From contig OZ220733.1 in assembly GCA_965116875.1 (NCBI GenBank), positions 896,001-960,000 on the forward strand: a stretch of DNA of 64,000 nt, given 5' to 3'. Of the stretch, positions 39,773-50,616 are shown piece after piece. A program made the translations under genes and the position numbers. Source of the stretch: Candidatus Latescibacterota bacterium (lineage in GTDB: Bacteria > Latescibacterota > UBA2968 > GCA-2709665). Within the stretch, counting starts at the first letter, position 1, and each line of letters starts with the position of its first letter. Under the pieces are notes generated by a model, which saw only the letters and a list, made by a program, of their open reading frames with translations, was not told the DNA's origin and did not search any database.

Positions 39773-40522
39773 ATGAGTAATGGCAAAAATATCACAATCA
39801 CCGTTACCCGCTATCGCCCGGAAGAGGAAGACGAACCCGTCGAACAGTCTTACGACGTCGAATTTCAGGACGACTGGGTGGTGCTGGACGGACTGAACCA
39901 TATCAAGGATCACATCGACGGTTCTCTGTCTTTCCGCTGGTCATGCCGGATGGGGGTCTGCGGCAGTTGCGGGATGATGGTCAACGGCGAACCCAAGCTT
40001 TCGTGCGCCGCATTCCTGCGCGATTATTACCCTGGCGAAGTCCGCGTGGAACCCCTGCAGAACTTCCCCATTGTCCGGGACCTGATCATCGACATGACCG
40101 ATTTTATGGACAAACTTAAGGCGGTGCAGCCCTGGATCATCCGGGAGGAGGAGAAACCCGTTTCGGAAGGGGAATACCTGCAGACGCCCGAGGAACTGAA
40201 GGAATACAAGCAGTTCAGCATGTGCATCAATTGCATGTTGTGTTACGCCGCCTGTCCGGTATACGGGCTGGAAACCGAATTCGTCGGTCCCGCCGCCATT
40301 GCCCTGGGGCATCGGTACAACCTGGACTCCCGCGATAACGGCCGGGAACGGCGTCAGCATGTCATCGCAAGCACCGAGGGCATCTGGGAATGCACCTATA
40401 TCGGAGAGTGCTCCGTGGTCTGTCCCAAGGACGTGGATCCAGCAGCCGCCATCCAGAGAAACAAGGTGGCCGCCACGGGCGGCTGGTTCAAATCCGTACT
40501 CCTGCCATGGGGGAAGAAGTAA
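39773..40522 (+). CDS. frdB: Fumarate reductase iron-sulfur subunit
   Basis: [33 protein letters not shown]. Confidence 0.9.
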   Translation: MSNGKNITITVTRYRPEEEDEPVEQSYDVEFQDDWVVLDGLNHIKDHIDGSLSFRWSCRMGVCGSCGMMVNGEPKLSCAAFLRDYYPGEVRVEPLQNFPIVRDLIIDMTDFMDKLKAVQPWIIREEEKPVSEGEYLQTPEELKEYKQFSMCINCMLCYAACPVYGLETEFVGPAAIALGHRYNLDSRDNGRERRQHVIASTEGIWECTYIGECSVVCPKDVDPAAAIQRNKVAATGGWFKSVLLPWGKK

Positions 40523-40523
40523 A

Positions 40524-40934
40524 ATGACGCGCGAAAACGACACCGAACACAAGGCCTACGTGCGCCCCGTACCGTTTACGTGGTGGCTGCAAAACCGCCG
40601 CTATTTCCTGTTCATGGTCAGGGAATCGACCGCCGTGTTTATCTCCCTGTTTGTTCTGGTACACCTCTACCAGCTGTTTCTCGTCTCCAGGGGCGCGGAA
40701 GCCCACGATATGTTCCAGGAGTCGCTCCGGTCCGTACCGTTCGTCGTGGGATATGCCATCGTCCTGCTGTTCGCGCTGTACCACAGCATCACATGGCTGG
40801 GTCTGGTATCCAAAATCCAGATCGTCCGAATCGGTCGCCTGACGGTGCCGCCCTTTCTCGTGGGATTGGGCGCCTATCTTTCATGGATCGTCGCGTCGGC
40901 TGCGGTCACCTGTCTGTTTTTATACCTGAAGTAG
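40524..40934 (+). CDS. frdC: Fumarate reductase membrane anchor subunit C
   Basis: YVRPVPFTWW..MVRESTAVF, HSITW, three hydrophobic helices. Confidence 0.85.
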   Translation: MTRENDTEHKAYVRPVPFTWWLQNRRYFLFMVRESTAVFISLFVLVHLYQLFLVSRGAEAHDMFQESLRSVPFVVGYAIVLLFALYHSITWLGLVSKIQIVRIGRLTVPPFLVGLGAYLSWIVASAAVTCLFLYLK

Positions 40935-40943
40935 GGGGAATCC

Positions 40944-41300
40944 GTGTACAAGGAAGACAGAACCGAACCCTTCTGGTGGGGCATGTTCTCGCTGGGCGGC
41001 GTGGTTGCCGCGCTGCTGATACCCGTCCACGTCTTCTTCATCGGATTGGCGGTGCCGCTCGGCCTGATCGACGAGAGCCTGCTCGAATACAACCGGATGA
41101 AATCCCTGCTTGCGAATCCGCTTGTCAAAATCTACCTGTTAGCGCTCATTGTCCTCCCGCTTTTTCACGCCGCCCACCGCATTCGTTTCTCGCTGCACGA
41201 AATGGGCATCCGCAAACTGCTGCTCTCGCTGGACGTCCTCTGCTATGGCGGCGCTCTTCTCGGTACGGCGGTGACGCTGTACGTTCTGTGGGTGATTTGA
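40944..41300 (+). CDS. frdD: Fumarate reductase membrane anchor subunit D
   Basis: EPFWWGMFSLGG, LPLFHAAHRIR, CYG. Confidence 0.85.
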   Translation: MYKEDRTEPFWWGMFSLGGVVAALLIPVHVFFIGLAVPLGLIDESLLEYNRMKSLLANPLVKIYLLALIVLPLFHAAHRIRFSLHEMGIRKLLLSLDVLCYGGALLGTAVTLYVLWVI

Positions 41301-41354
41301 CGGCCCTTTCGAAGACTGTCCCGGTTTTCGGGCCGTGAATATCGGACGTATCGA

Positions 41355-42680
41355 ATGTCGAGACCGCCTATGAAACCGGCATCGTTCATCCGGTCATCCA
41401 TCGCACTATGGATGGCGGTATTTCTGTGGAAGATGCTCAGTACCGCCGCCCAGGCGTCGGGAAGCCCTCCGGAAGCAGTCTACAGTAAAGTGCGCGCTTC
41501 GGTTGTCGTTCTGAACGTGGAAAGAAGAGACGGCTCCCGGGGCCGGGGGTTGGGCTTTCTCGCCATGGACAGCCGAATCGCAGTTACAGCCTGGGACCTT
41601 GTCGACGATGCGGTCGCGGTTGTCGCCAGGTTTGAATCCGGCGAGGAATTCGGGGTTTCCGGGCTGATCGACAAAGACGAAAAACGAAACGTCGCCCTGA
41701 TCCGGATCAAGGTCTTTGGCAGGCCGCTGCTTGACCTGGCTGCCCGCGACCCGGTCGAGATCAAAAGGGCCTATGTCGTCGAGACGGTCGAGGGGGAGGC
41801 ATCCAGACTCGTCGACGCCAGGATGAACCCGGTCGAAGTCGTCGACGGCGTGCGATCCTATCCCCTGGGCGCCTCGGTGTCCGCCAGCGGCAACGGTGGT
41901 CCGCTCCTGGACGAATCCGGTCTCGTCATCGGCGTTGTATCCATTCGATCGAGCGATGGACAAGAGGCCGGCCGCGCCGTTCCGTCGGTGTATGCCCTGG
42001 GCCTCGATCACACGTTGCCCACCCGGCCCTGGCAACACGCCAGGCCCTCCCCGGTCCACTCCGAGACGATTTCGGAACCTGTCACCGAGGCTGAGCCGGA
42101 CCCGGACGCCATCCGGTTTCGCTTCTACAGGGCGGAAGGCCAGCGATTCAGCGACGTCAACCGAAATCTGTGGACGGAGTCCATTCTCTGGTGGGTGGAC
42201 AATATCCGCGAAAAGTGCGGCGGGAACCCCCGGATCGATGGCACGGAAGATCTGGGCGTGGATGCCGCAGCGATACCATCTGAAAAGGCCCGGTTCACAA
42301 CCCGGACAACCGGGTGGAAATCCTGGATTCTGGGTATGGAGAATCTACGTGGATTTATCGCCAGGACCGAGCGCCACCGCGATTTTCACATCGGCGTTTT
42401 TCAGGAAGTCAGGTACAAACCCTCGCCCGAGGAGAAATCACGAGCGGTTTCGGGCGTGTACGCCCCGCCGAACGTCCTCGCGCTTTACTTCAAAGCCACA
42501 CGGATCAAGGAAGACGAACGCGTTCACCTTATCGGCCGGCTGTTCGGCCTGGACGGCGACGACGGCGGGGTCATGTCCTCAAGATATCCCCGCGGCCCCG
42601 GTTCACCCGCCGTCTACGGCAACATGACCGAATGGCCGCCGCACTGGTGCGGAAAAGTCGCGGAGTATCTGGATCAGTAG
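41355..42680 (+). CDS. Secreted trypsin-like domain protein with degenerate active sites
   Basis: Signal peptide; GLGF, VTAWDLV, NVALI, SGNGGPLL..GLVIGV. Confidence 0.65.
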   Translation: MSRPPMKPASFIRSSIALWMAVFLWKMLSTAAQASGSPPEAVYSKVRASVVVLNVERRDGSRGRGLGFLAMDSRIAVTAWDLVDDAVAVVARFESGEEFGVSGLIDKDEKRNVALIRIKVFGRPLLDLAARDPVEIKRAYVVETVEGEASRLVDARMNPVEVVDGVRSYPLGASVSASGNGGPLLDESGLVIGVVSIRSSDGQEAGRAVPSVYALGLDHTLPTRPWQHARPSPVHSETISEPVTEAEPDPDAIRFRFYRAEGQRFSDVNRNLWTESILWWVDNIREKCGGNPRIDGTEDLGVDAAAIPSEKARFTTRTTGWKSWILGMENLRGFIARTERHRDFHIGVFQEVRYKPSPEEKSRAVSGVYAPPNVLALYFKATRIKEDERVHLIGRLFGLDGDDGGVMSSRYPRGPGSPAVYGNMTEWPPHWCGKVAEYLDQ

Positions 42681-42772
42681 TCCGTTCTCGAAAACAGCGG
42701 GGGTACCGGTAATCACATGCCGGTGATTCGATCCTGACGCCATGCACACGGGCCCGGTCTGAAAGGAAACAG

Positions 42773-43201
42773 ATGGAGAACTCGAAGATCGGTTTCAGTC
42801 ATGAACTGGTGGATAACGTCGGTGCGGGTCTCTCTTTCGCATGTGCGGTCCATTGTGTGGCGATGCCGCTTCTGGTAACGGTTCTGCCGTTGCTGGGGCT
42901 CGGGTTCCTCGCGAGCGAATCCGCGGAACGAATCATTGTCGGAGCCGTTGCGCTCGCAATGGGCAGCGTCGTCTGGGGCGTCAGGCACCACAGACGTTGG
43001 AGAGCGTTTCTCATCGTCGTAGTGGCAATCGCGTTTATCGCCATCGCCCACGTTGCGACTGAAGGCGTCTTTGAAGTCGTCCTCCATGGAACGGGCGGAA
43101 TCCTGCTTGCAGCGGCGCACCTGCTGAATCGGCATCTGTGCAAGACCTGTCCCGCATGTGGAGACGAACACACGGGTGATTCTCATTCGCCGCGTCTCTG
43201 A
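42773..43201 (+). CDS. MerC domain membrane protein
   Basis: SFACAVHCVAMP, HHR, AAHLLN. Confidence 0.8.
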   Translation: MENSKIGFSHELVDNVGAGLSFACAVHCVAMPLLVTVLPLLGLGFLASESAERIIVGAVALAMGSVVWGVRHHRRWRAFLIVVVAIAFIAIAHVATEGVFEVVLHGTGGILLAAAHLLNRHLCKTCPACGDEHTGDSHSPRL

Positions 43202-43314
43202 CAGACGACGTTCACCGGGTTGAATGTCCGACGACTCAACGGGACGTCGTTAGGTTCAGCCGCCGTCCCGGCCGCTTTCGAACAACCCGGCGCTCGATCC
43301 CCAATTCGATCGAC

Positions 43315-43355
43315 GAAAAGAGAAAGCCCGGCAGAGATTCCGCCGGGCTCTCTCG
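43315..43355. terminator. Probable bidirectional terminator between convergent merC-like gene and fumC
   Basis: AGCCCGGC-loop-GCCGGGCT with T-rich tail on the minus strand. Confidence 0.65.
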
Positions 43356-43402
43356 TATTCTTGAGCTGCCTTTCTATTGCGGGATGCCGCACCCCGTTGA
43401 CG

Positions 43403-44797
43403 TTACCCGCCCGGATCCGTCATCCTTTCGGGCCGGACCGCGGCATCGAACGCCTCGCCGTCCATCATTCCAAGCGCCACCGCGGATTCCCGAAGCGTGA
43501 GATTCTCGTCGAACGCTTTCTTGGCAACCTTTGCCGCGTTGTCGTATCCGATCGTGGGATTCAGCGCCGTGACGAGCATGAGCGACCGTTCCAGGTGGTT
43601 CCGGATATTCTCCCGGTTCGGCTCGATGCCCACCGCGCAGTGATCGTTGAACGCCGCACACGCATCGGCCAGCAATCGTACCGACTGCAACAGATTGTAG
43701 ACAATGAGCGGCTTGAATACGTTCAGCTCGAAATTCCCCGAGGACCCGCCCACCGCAATCGCCATATCGTTGCCGATAACCTGCCCGGCCACCATCGTCA
43801 TCGCTTCGCACTGCGTGGGGTTCACCTTGCCTGGCATGATGGAACTGCCCGGCTCGTTGGCCGGCAGCGTCAGTTCGCCGATTCCGCAGCGCGGACCCGA
43901 AGCCAGCCACCGGGTGTCGTTGGCGATTTTCATCAGCGAGCAAGCCAGCGTCTTCAGTGCGCCGCTGGTTTCCACCATCGCGTCGTGTGCGGCCAGAGAC
44001 TCGAACTTGTTGCCGGCGGATACAAACGGATGGCCGGTCAGCCCGGCAATCCGTGCGGCAACCCGGTCGGCGAATTCCGGATGCGTATTCAGCCCGGTAC
44101 CCACAGCCGTGCCGCCGAGCGCGAGCTCATTGAGATTGGCAAGGCAACGCTCAATCCGCTCCAGGCCCTTTGTCAGTTGCGTCACGTATCCCGAAAACTC
44201 CTGGCCCAGCGTCAGCGGAACGGCGTCCATCAGATGAGTACGACCGATCTTGATAATGTCCTCGAATTCGTCCGCTTTGCCTGCCAGCGTATCCCGCAGC
44301 TTCGTGACCTGGGGGATCAACCGCCTGTGGATCTCGCTTACGGCCGCGATATGCATCGCAGCGGGAAACGTGTCGTTTGAAGACTGCGCCATATTGACGT
44401 CGTCGTTCGGATGAACCGGGTCCTTGCCCCCCATCCGCCCGCCGGCAATCTGAATGGCCCGGTTGGATATGACTTCGTTGGCGTTCATATTCGTCTGCGT
44501 GCCGCTTCCCGTCTGCCAGATTCGAAGCGGAAAATGGTCGTTCAACGTACCCTCGATGACTTCGTCGGCCGCCTGCACGATGAGGTCGGCCTTATGCGGC
44601 GAGAGCTTTCCGAGTTCACGGTTGACAATCGCCGCCGCTTTTTTCAGTATGCCAAACGCCCTGATCAACTCCTGCGGCATGCGTTCTTCGCCAATATCAA
44701 AATGAATCAGCGCCCTGGCCGTCTGGGCGCCGTAATACCGGTCGTCCGGAACCTGAATCTCTCCCATGCTGTCCGTCTCAATCCTGTATCCCGCCAT
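43403..44797 (-). CDS. fumC: Class II fumarate hydratase
   Basis: [31 protein letters not shown]. Confidence 0.95.
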   Translation of the reverse strand: MAGYRIETDSMGEIQVPDDRYYGAQTARALIHFDIGEERMPQELIRAFGILKKAAAIVNRELGKLSPHKADLIVQAADEVIEGTLNDHFPLRIWQTGSGTQTNMNANEVISNRAIQIAGGRMGGKDPVHPNDDVNMAQSSNDTFPAAMHIAAVSEIHRRLIPQVTKLRDTLAGKADEFEDIIKIGRTHLMDAVPLTLGQEFSGYVTQLTKGLERIERCLANLNELALGGTAVGTGLNTHPEFADRVAARIAGLTGHPFVSAGNKFESLAAHDAMVETSGALKTLACSLMKIANDTRWLASGPRCGIGELTLPANEPGSSIMPGKVNPTQCEAMTMVAGQVIGNDMAIAVGGSSGNFELNVFKPLIVYNLLQSVRLLADACAAFNDHCAVGIEPNRENIRNHLERSLMLVTALNPTIGYDNAAKVAKKAFDENLTLRESAVALGMMDGEAFDAAVRPERMTDPGG

Positions 44798-44899
44798 CTC
44801 TGGATCTCCTTCACGTGCGCGCCTGTGCAAGTCTGGATATTGTGCAGCACTTCAAGATACAAAAACAGGACATTCCCGGCAACCACATCCGGTCCTTTC

Positions 44900-44965
44900 C
44901 TGACGAAAAAAAATATTATAGTATATATTATTTACTTGCTTTAAGAATTACTCTTTCTTATCTTC
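44900..44965. promoter_or_regulatory. AT-rich divergent promoter / possible LysR operator region
   Basis: Strongly AT-rich tract between divergent fumC and LysR genes. Confidence 0.45.
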
Positions 44966-45092
44966 AATACTTCCCTGCGCACCGCGGGGCGAGACAATCC
45001 GTACGGCACCGCAACCTCTGCCGGCCTCTTGTTACGTACAGTTCGTCAACGGCAAGAAGGCCCGGCAGGAATCATCAGAAGGAGACGTTCAC

Positions 45093-46010
45093 GTGTTGAT
45101 CCAGAGCCTGAAGATCTTTTGCGACCTCATCGATACCCAGAGTTTTTCGAAGACGGCAGTCCTGAATGGCGTCACGCAGTCGGCGGTCAGCCAGCAGATC
45201 AAGAGCATTGAAAGCCGGCAGGGAAAACCGCTTCTGGAGCGTCATAAGCGAAAGATCGGGCTTACCAAGGAGGGCGAGGTGTTCTACAAGGGCGCCGGCG
45301 ACATCGTACGGCGGTACGATGAGATGTTACAACGCGTCGAAGCTCTGGACGGCGTGGTCTCGGGCACCGTTCGCCTTTCGTCCATTTACAGCGTAGGCAT
45401 GCGGGAACTCGGACCCTATCTCAAGACCTATCTCAAAGCCTTCCCGAGGGTCAACTTCCGGCTGGACTACAACCACACACCCCGCATCTACGATGACGTC
45501 GCCAGCGGCGAGATTGACTTCGGCGTGGTCGCCTTTCCCAAACCCCACCGGAACATCAAGATCATCCCCTTTTCCGAAGACAACATGGTGGTGGCGTGTC
45601 CACCCGCAAATCCGCTTGCGGCGCAGGACCACATAGACGTTAACGACATCGGCGATCATCCGCTCATCCTCTTCTCCCAGGAAACCCACACCCGGCATGC
45701 GCTGGACAGTTTCTTCCGGAGACATCGCATTCAGCCGAACATCGTGATGGAATTCGATCACATCGATACCATCAAGGATGCCGTGGAAGTGGACCTCGGC
45801 ATTTCAATCCTGCCCCAACACTCGGTAGACCTGGAACACAAGGAAGGCAGCCTGAAGGTGCTGACGATCGATGGCGACGTGCTCACCCGACCTCTGGGGA
45901 TCCTGCACAAACGCGGCCGCAGCCTGTCCGTGGCAGCGCGAAAACTCCTCGACGTACTCACCAACGGGAAAGCTCCGGTCAGCGAGTCGCAGTTACACGC
46001 CGCCGGTTAG
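45093..46010 (+). CDS. LysR family transcriptional regulator
   Basis: SFSKTA..TQSAVSQQIK HTH, LTKEG, substrate-binding domain. Confidence 0.9.
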   Translation: MLIQSLKIFCDLIDTQSFSKTAVLNGVTQSAVSQQIKSIESRQGKPLLERHKRKIGLTKEGEVFYKGAGDIVRRYDEMLQRVEALDGVVSGTVRLSSIYSVGMRELGPYLKTYLKAFPRVNFRLDYNHTPRIYDDVASGEIDFGVVAFPKPHRNIKIIPFSEDNMVVACPPANPLAAQDHIDVNDIGDHPLILFSQETHTRHALDSFFRRHRIQPNIVMEFDHIDTIKDAVEVDLGISILPQHSVDLEHKEGSLKVLTIDGDVLTRPLGILHKRGRSLSVAARKLLDVLTNGKAPVSESQLHAAG

Positions 46011-46043
46011 TCCCGGATCGGTCGACGCGCCAAACCGCCATTC

Positions 46044-46742
46044 TCAACGGTCATCGCCGGCGACCATCTCCTGAATCAGGAATCGGAGGAACCGAACGCC
46101 CGTGCGGAACGAGGGCGCCTTCGATTCCCCCCCAACCCGGTTTCCCTCTCTTGTAGGAATCTCCTCGATTCGCATCCTCTGCTTCATCGCACGGATCGTC
46201 ATCTCATATTCGATCGTATACCCCGTCGATCCGGGATTGAGCTTCTGAAATGCCTCCCGCGTGATTCCGCGAAACCCGTTGATCGTATCCGTCACATAGG
46301 GTCTCCGATTCCAGATTGAATTGGCGATCCATGTAAACACCTGGTTCGTCCATTTTCTCAGCGGCAGCGAATCGTCGTCTTCTTCGTTCCTCGAGCCCGG
46401 CAGGAAGCGGGATGCGATCGCCATATCGGCGCCGTTTTCGATGGCAGCGAAAAGCCGGGGAATATCGTCCGGATCTTCATTCCCGTCGGGACTGAAGAAA
46501 ACCAGACACGCACCGCTCGACGCACGAACCGCCGCGCGAAACGCCTCGCCCCGCCCCGGACGCGGCTGGTCCACAATCCGGACGTGTCGGGATGCCAGGA
46601 CCTCCCGTGTGCCATCCGTGGACCCGCCGTCAACGGCGAACACTTCGTCGGCCATCGCGGAAAGATCGTGTCCGGCTGAAAACAGCCACCGAACGCCGGC
46701 TACCTCGTTGAGCGTCAGAAGAACAACGGTGCGTCTGGCCAT
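46044..46742 (-). CDS. Glycosyltransferase family 2 (Dpm1-like)
   Basis: TLNE, VDGGSTDGT, SPDG, ASRF, TDTINGFR. Confidence 0.9.
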   Translation of the reverse strand: MARRTVVLLTLNEVAGVRWLFSAGHDLSAMADEVFAVDGGSTDGTREVLASRHVRIVDQPRPGRGEAFRAAVRASSGACLVFFSPDGNEDPDDIPRLFAAIENGADMAIASRFLPGSRNEEDDDSLPLRKWTNQVFTWIANSIWNRRPYVTDTINGFRGITREAFQKLNPGSTGYTIEYEMTIRAMKQRMRIEEIPTREGNRVGGESKAPSFRTGVRFLRFLIQEMVAGDDR

Positions 46743-46754
46743 ATGGAACCCAAA

Positions 46755-47425
46755 ACCGGGGAGACGTGAGACGGAAGAGGGGAGAGATTGCCTGCCTTGT
46801 GAGGATTCTTTTCGTGCCGCAGGCGAGTCGGAGGAACAGATCGGCAAGGGCTTCTTCTCCCGTCTACCCTCTACCGTCTTACCGCCTTTTGGCAACCTCT
46901 CCCACAGAGCTATCAGCTATTAGCAGTCAGCCAAAGGCGAAAGTCAAAAGCAACCCCTCACCACCCCGCCGACCTCTCTCCCCGGCCCTCTCTCCTAAAG
47001 GAAAGAGGGAGGAAAGGCACACGTCGCGTGCCGGTCATTGATAGACACTCCGATTGAAAGGTAATCGCTATCCGGCACATCACAAAGCCTGTAAATCAAC
47101 CCATCAACGTCCCCCCTTCCTTCAGGAAGGGGTTAGGGGGTAGGTCCAGGAGAGAGGGAGGAAAACAGGTTTCACGTGCCGGTCATCCATAGACACTCTG
47201 ATTTTCAAGGAAACGCCGCCGGTTTTCCGCTCTTCTCAGCAATCCGCTTCCATTCGATTCTTGCGAGAGTCCGATTGCAGAAGTGACAGACGTCAAAGTT
47301 ACCGCTACTTCTTCCTTCTTCCTTCTTCCTTCTTCCTTTTCCTTTTTCATTCTTCCTTTTTCATTCTTCCTTTTCCTTTTTCATTCTTCCTTTTTCATTC
47401 TTCCTTCAGGAAGGGGGTAGGTCCG
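46755..47425. repeat. Composite intergenic repeat element, copy 2 (inverted relative to 3920-4500)
   Basis: Family-B unit 46755-46890, core 46970-47310, expanded TTCTTCC/TTTTTCA array 47310-47405. Confidence 0.9.
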
Positions 47426-48645
47426 CCACTGAAGAAACGTTCGAACAGCTCCACGATTCGATCCAGGTCGGATGACGTCAGATCCTGGTGGCAACCGATA
47501 TAGAACCCGCTTCCGTTGATCCATCCGGCAACGGGATAATCCGCCTCGCTGATTTCCAGCAGTTGCCGGAAGAGCGGCTGATTGGTCAGAGGAAGCATGT
47601 CTCGCGTTTCAACCCGGTTCTCTTCCAGAAAATTGACCAGCGCGTCCTTTTTCCGGTCCCTCAGGACGATCGGATACATCATGAAGGAGTGTTCGCATCC
47701 CGGTCGAATCCGGGGAAGCTGCAGAAACGCTTCGTGCCCGGACAACCTGCGGGTCAGATAAGCGGCATTCTTCCTCCTGCGGGCGATCATCTCCGGCCAA
47801 ACCTCCAGCTGCGCCAGTCCGAGGGCGGCTTCCATCTCGGTCAGCCGGAAACTGTATCCGAGACTCACGAAAGAAAATCGCCGGGAGACGATTCTTCGAA
47901 GTTCCTCCGGCGATTTCCGGTCGTCGTCGTCTATGTTCAGATACGTCGAATCCCGTCCGTGGTTGATCAGCGATCTCAGCTTTTCGGCATAATCGGGATT
48001 GTCGGTCGTATTCAGTCCGCCCACTCCGGTCGTCAGCAGGTGCGCCGCATAGGTGGAGAAACACCCGATTTCGCCGAGACTGCCGACGCTGCGACCGTTG
48101 TACGTCGCGAACATGGTCTCCGCCGAGTCTTCGATGACCCTGAGACCGTACCTCCCGGCCAGTTCGAGGACAGGGTCCATGTCGCACGGCTGTCCGAAGA
48201 CATGGACGGGAATGACCGCCCTGGTGCGAGACGTGACCGCTGCCTCGATTCTTTCCGGGTCCAGCTCGTAGTGGATCGGATCGACGTCCACAAGCACCGG
48301 GCGCATTCGCGCGTGGAAGACGATATTCGCCGTCCCCGCGAAGGTCACCGCGGGCAGAATGACTTCGTCTCCGTCATCCCATCCGTGCAATTCCTTCAAC
48401 GCCGCCAGGGCGACCAGCAGTGCGCTCGTGCCGCTATTGCTCATCACACCGAACCGGCACCCGTGCGCGCGTGCGAATCCATCCTCGAATGCCTGTGTCA
48501 TCGGACCGTAAGAAAGCCGGTTGCTGTCCAGGACCTCGTTTACCAGCGCCCTGGCGCGGGGACTGATGTTCATCGTACCAACGCCGATGACCGGCGGCCG
48601 GAGTTCACGATCTTCGGACACCTCGAGCCCGCCTCCCGTTTTCAA
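47395..48645 (-). CDS. DegT/DnrJ/EryC1/StrS family aminotransferase-like protein
   Basis: NSGTSAL, IEDSAE, FSTYAAHLLTTGVGG (His at the usual PLP-Lys position, as in ColD/E1-type dehydratases). Confidence 0.85.
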   Translation of the reverse strand: MKTGGGLEVSEDRELRPPVIGVGTMNISPRARALVNEVLDSNRLSYGPMTQAFEDGFARAHGCRFGVMSNSGTSALLVALAALKELHGWDDGDEVILPAVTFAGTANIVFHARMRPVLVDVDPIHYELDPERIEAAVTSRTRAVIPVHVFGQPCDMDPVLELAGRYGLRVIEDSAETMFATYNGRSVGSLGEIGCFSTYAAHLLTTGVGGLNTTDNPDYAEKLRSLINHGRDSTYLNIDDDDRKSPEELRRIVSRRFSFVSLGYSFRLTEMEAALGLAQLEVWPEMIARRRKNAAYLTRRLSGHEAFLQLPRIRPGCEHSFMMYPIVLRDRKKDALVNFLEENRVETRDMLPLTNQPLFRQLLEISEADYPVAGWINGSGFYIGCHQDLTSSDLDRIVELFERFFSGGPTPFLKEE

Positions 48646-49601
48646 CCTGTCTGTTTACGATCCGAGTGGGTCTGCGCTTCGTACCACGAAATCATCCGCC
48701 GAAGCCCGTCATCCAGCGTTGTTGCGGCTTCGAATCCGAAATGCCGCTTCGCCCGCGAAACATCCACGCATCGCCTCGGCTGGCCGTTCGGCCTGTTCCT
48801 GTCCCAGCGGACCCGGCCGTCGAATCCCGCCAGCTTCCCAATTTTCGCGGCAAGATCGCGGATCGAGATCTCCACGCCCGATCCCAGGTTGACGGGCTCC
48901 GGCAGATCGTACAACTCCGAAGCGAGCAATATGCCCTCCGCGGCGTCCTCTACGTACAGAAACTCGCGCGTTGGCGAGCCGTCACCCCACAGGGTGACGT
49001 GGGCGCGACGCTGATTCCGGGCGTCCACGAACTTCCGCAACATGGACGCGAGCCCGTGGGATGTCTCCGGATCCAGGTTTTCTCCCGGCCCGTACAGGTT
49101 CGCCAGGAGCAGATGAATCGCGTTGTAGCCGTATTCCGCCCGGTAGGCCTGTCCCTGTACCAGCATCATTTTCTTCGCCAGGCCATAGGCCGCGTTTGTT
49201 TCTTCAGGGTACCCGTCCCACAGGTTTTCCTCCCTGAACGGTACCGGCGTGGACATCGGATACGCGCAAACCGAGCCGATACCCACGAACTTCGGTACTT
49301 CGAACCTGCGGGCCTGCTCGAGAAGATGGGCGCCCATGACCAGGTTGTCGTAAAAAAAACGGCCCGGATACCGTTGGTTGGCGCCAATGCCGCCGACGGA
49401 ACCGGCCAGGTGAATGACCAGATCGGGACGCGCGATTTCGTACATGCGCCGTACGGCATCCGGTTCACGAAGGTCGTGGTCGCTGCGGCGCGGCGCGTTT
49501 ATCCGACGACATCCCCGCTCGCGCAGTTTCCTCACCACGTACCTGCCCAGAAACCCGGCGCCGCCGGTAACCACAACGCGCCTTTCGGTCCAGAAACCCA
49601 T
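48642..49601 (-). CDS. fcl: GDP-L-fucose synthase family protein
   Basis: TGGAGFLG, HLAGSVGGIGAN, YGLAKK, WGDGSPTREFLYV. Confidence 0.85.
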   Translation of the reverse strand: MGFWTERRVVVTGGAGFLGRYVVRKLRERGCRRINAPRRSDHDLREPDAVRRMYEIARPDLVIHLAGSVGGIGANQRYPGRFFYDNLVMGAHLLEQARRFEVPKFVGIGSVCAYPMSTPVPFREENLWDGYPEETNAAYGLAKKMMLVQGQAYRAEYGYNAIHLLLANLYGPGENLDPETSHGLASMLRKFVDARNQRRAHVTLWGDGSPTREFLYVEDAAEGILLASELYDLPEPVNLGSGVEISIRDLAAKIGKLAGFDGRVRWDRNRPNGQPRRCVDVSRAKRHFGFEAATTLDDGLRRMISWYEAQTHSDRKQTG

Positions 49602-49683
49602 TTCCCGGTCCTCGTCAACTTCCTTTCGCTCCGGCCCCGAAACAGACCGCGGAAATCTGTACCACAGGTCGTCCCGGGAGGAC

Positions 49684-50616
49684 TCACGTTTCGCCCAATA
49701 GCCTCTCGGCGGCGTTGTAAGGATCGTCCGCTCCCGCGCAGACACGGGAGACGGCGCGATCCAGGCACTCCCGCTCCAGCGCGGCATTCAATCTGGATGC
49801 AAGCCGCCCCTCCACGCGCTCCCGCAATTCACGGCGGATCTGTCGCTCGCGCAAGACCGCCAATCTGTCGCCCGAATTCAAATGGCGCGAGAATGCTTCA
49901 AGCGCCTCGAAAAGCTCTTCCAGTCCCTCTCCGTGCGTACCGACAGTGCGCACAAGACGCATTTCCCAGCCGTCGAGTTCGCCCCGTGCATGCAGTGTCT
50001 CCCTCAGTTCTCCCGCCAGTCCGGTCGCCCCGGGACGGTCGGACTTGTTCAGCGCAATGACCTCCGCGATCTCCATCACGCCGGCCTTCAGCAACTGGAT
50101 TTCATCGCCGGATTCCGGCACCAGGGTCAGCACAACGGCATCCACGCAATGGGTCACGTCCACGTCGGTCTGCCCCGCCCCCGCGGTCTCCACGAGAACC
50201 AGGTCCTTTCCCATCGCTTCCATTACGCGTATCGCGTCCCGAGCCGCCCTGCACAACCCTCCCGGCAGACCTTCGTTGCCCATGCTTCGAATGAATACCG
50301 CCGGGTTTTCCGACAGTTCCTGCATCCGGATACGATCGCCCAGCAGGGCGCCGCCGGAGAACGGGCTGGCGATATCCACGGCCAGAACGCCCACGGCCCT
50401 TCCGGCTTCCACGAAGCGCTGTGCGAGACGGCCCGCAAGCGTACTCTTGCCCGCGCCCGGCGGTCCGGTGATGCCGATCCGGTATGCGCCGCCCGTTGAA
50501 GGATACAGGGCTGCCATCAGGGACGCCGGGTCGTCTTCACGTCTCTCTATGAGCGAAATGGCCCGCGCGGCGGCGCGAATATCGCCCGCGAGGACTCGCC
50601 CAGCCAGATCTCTCAT
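49684..50616 (-). CDS. meaB: Methylmalonyl-CoA mutase-associated GTPase MeaB
   Basis: GITGPPGAGKST, GGALLGDRIRM, LKAGVMEI, NKSD. Confidence 0.9.
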   Translation of the reverse strand: MRDLAGRVLAGDIRAAARAISLIERREDDPASLMAALYPSTGGAYRIGITGPPGAGKSTLAGRLAQRFVEAGRAVGVLAVDIASPFSGGALLGDRIRMQELSENPAVFIRSMGNEGLPGGLCRAARDAIRVMEAMGKDLVLVETAGAGQTDVDVTHCVDAVVLTLVPESGDEIQLLKAGVMEIAEVIALNKSDRPGATGLAGELRETLHARGELDGWEMRLVRTVGTHGEGLEELFEALEAFSRHLNSGDRLAVLRERQIRRELRERVEGRLASRLNAALERECLDRAVSRVCAGADDPYNAAERLLGET

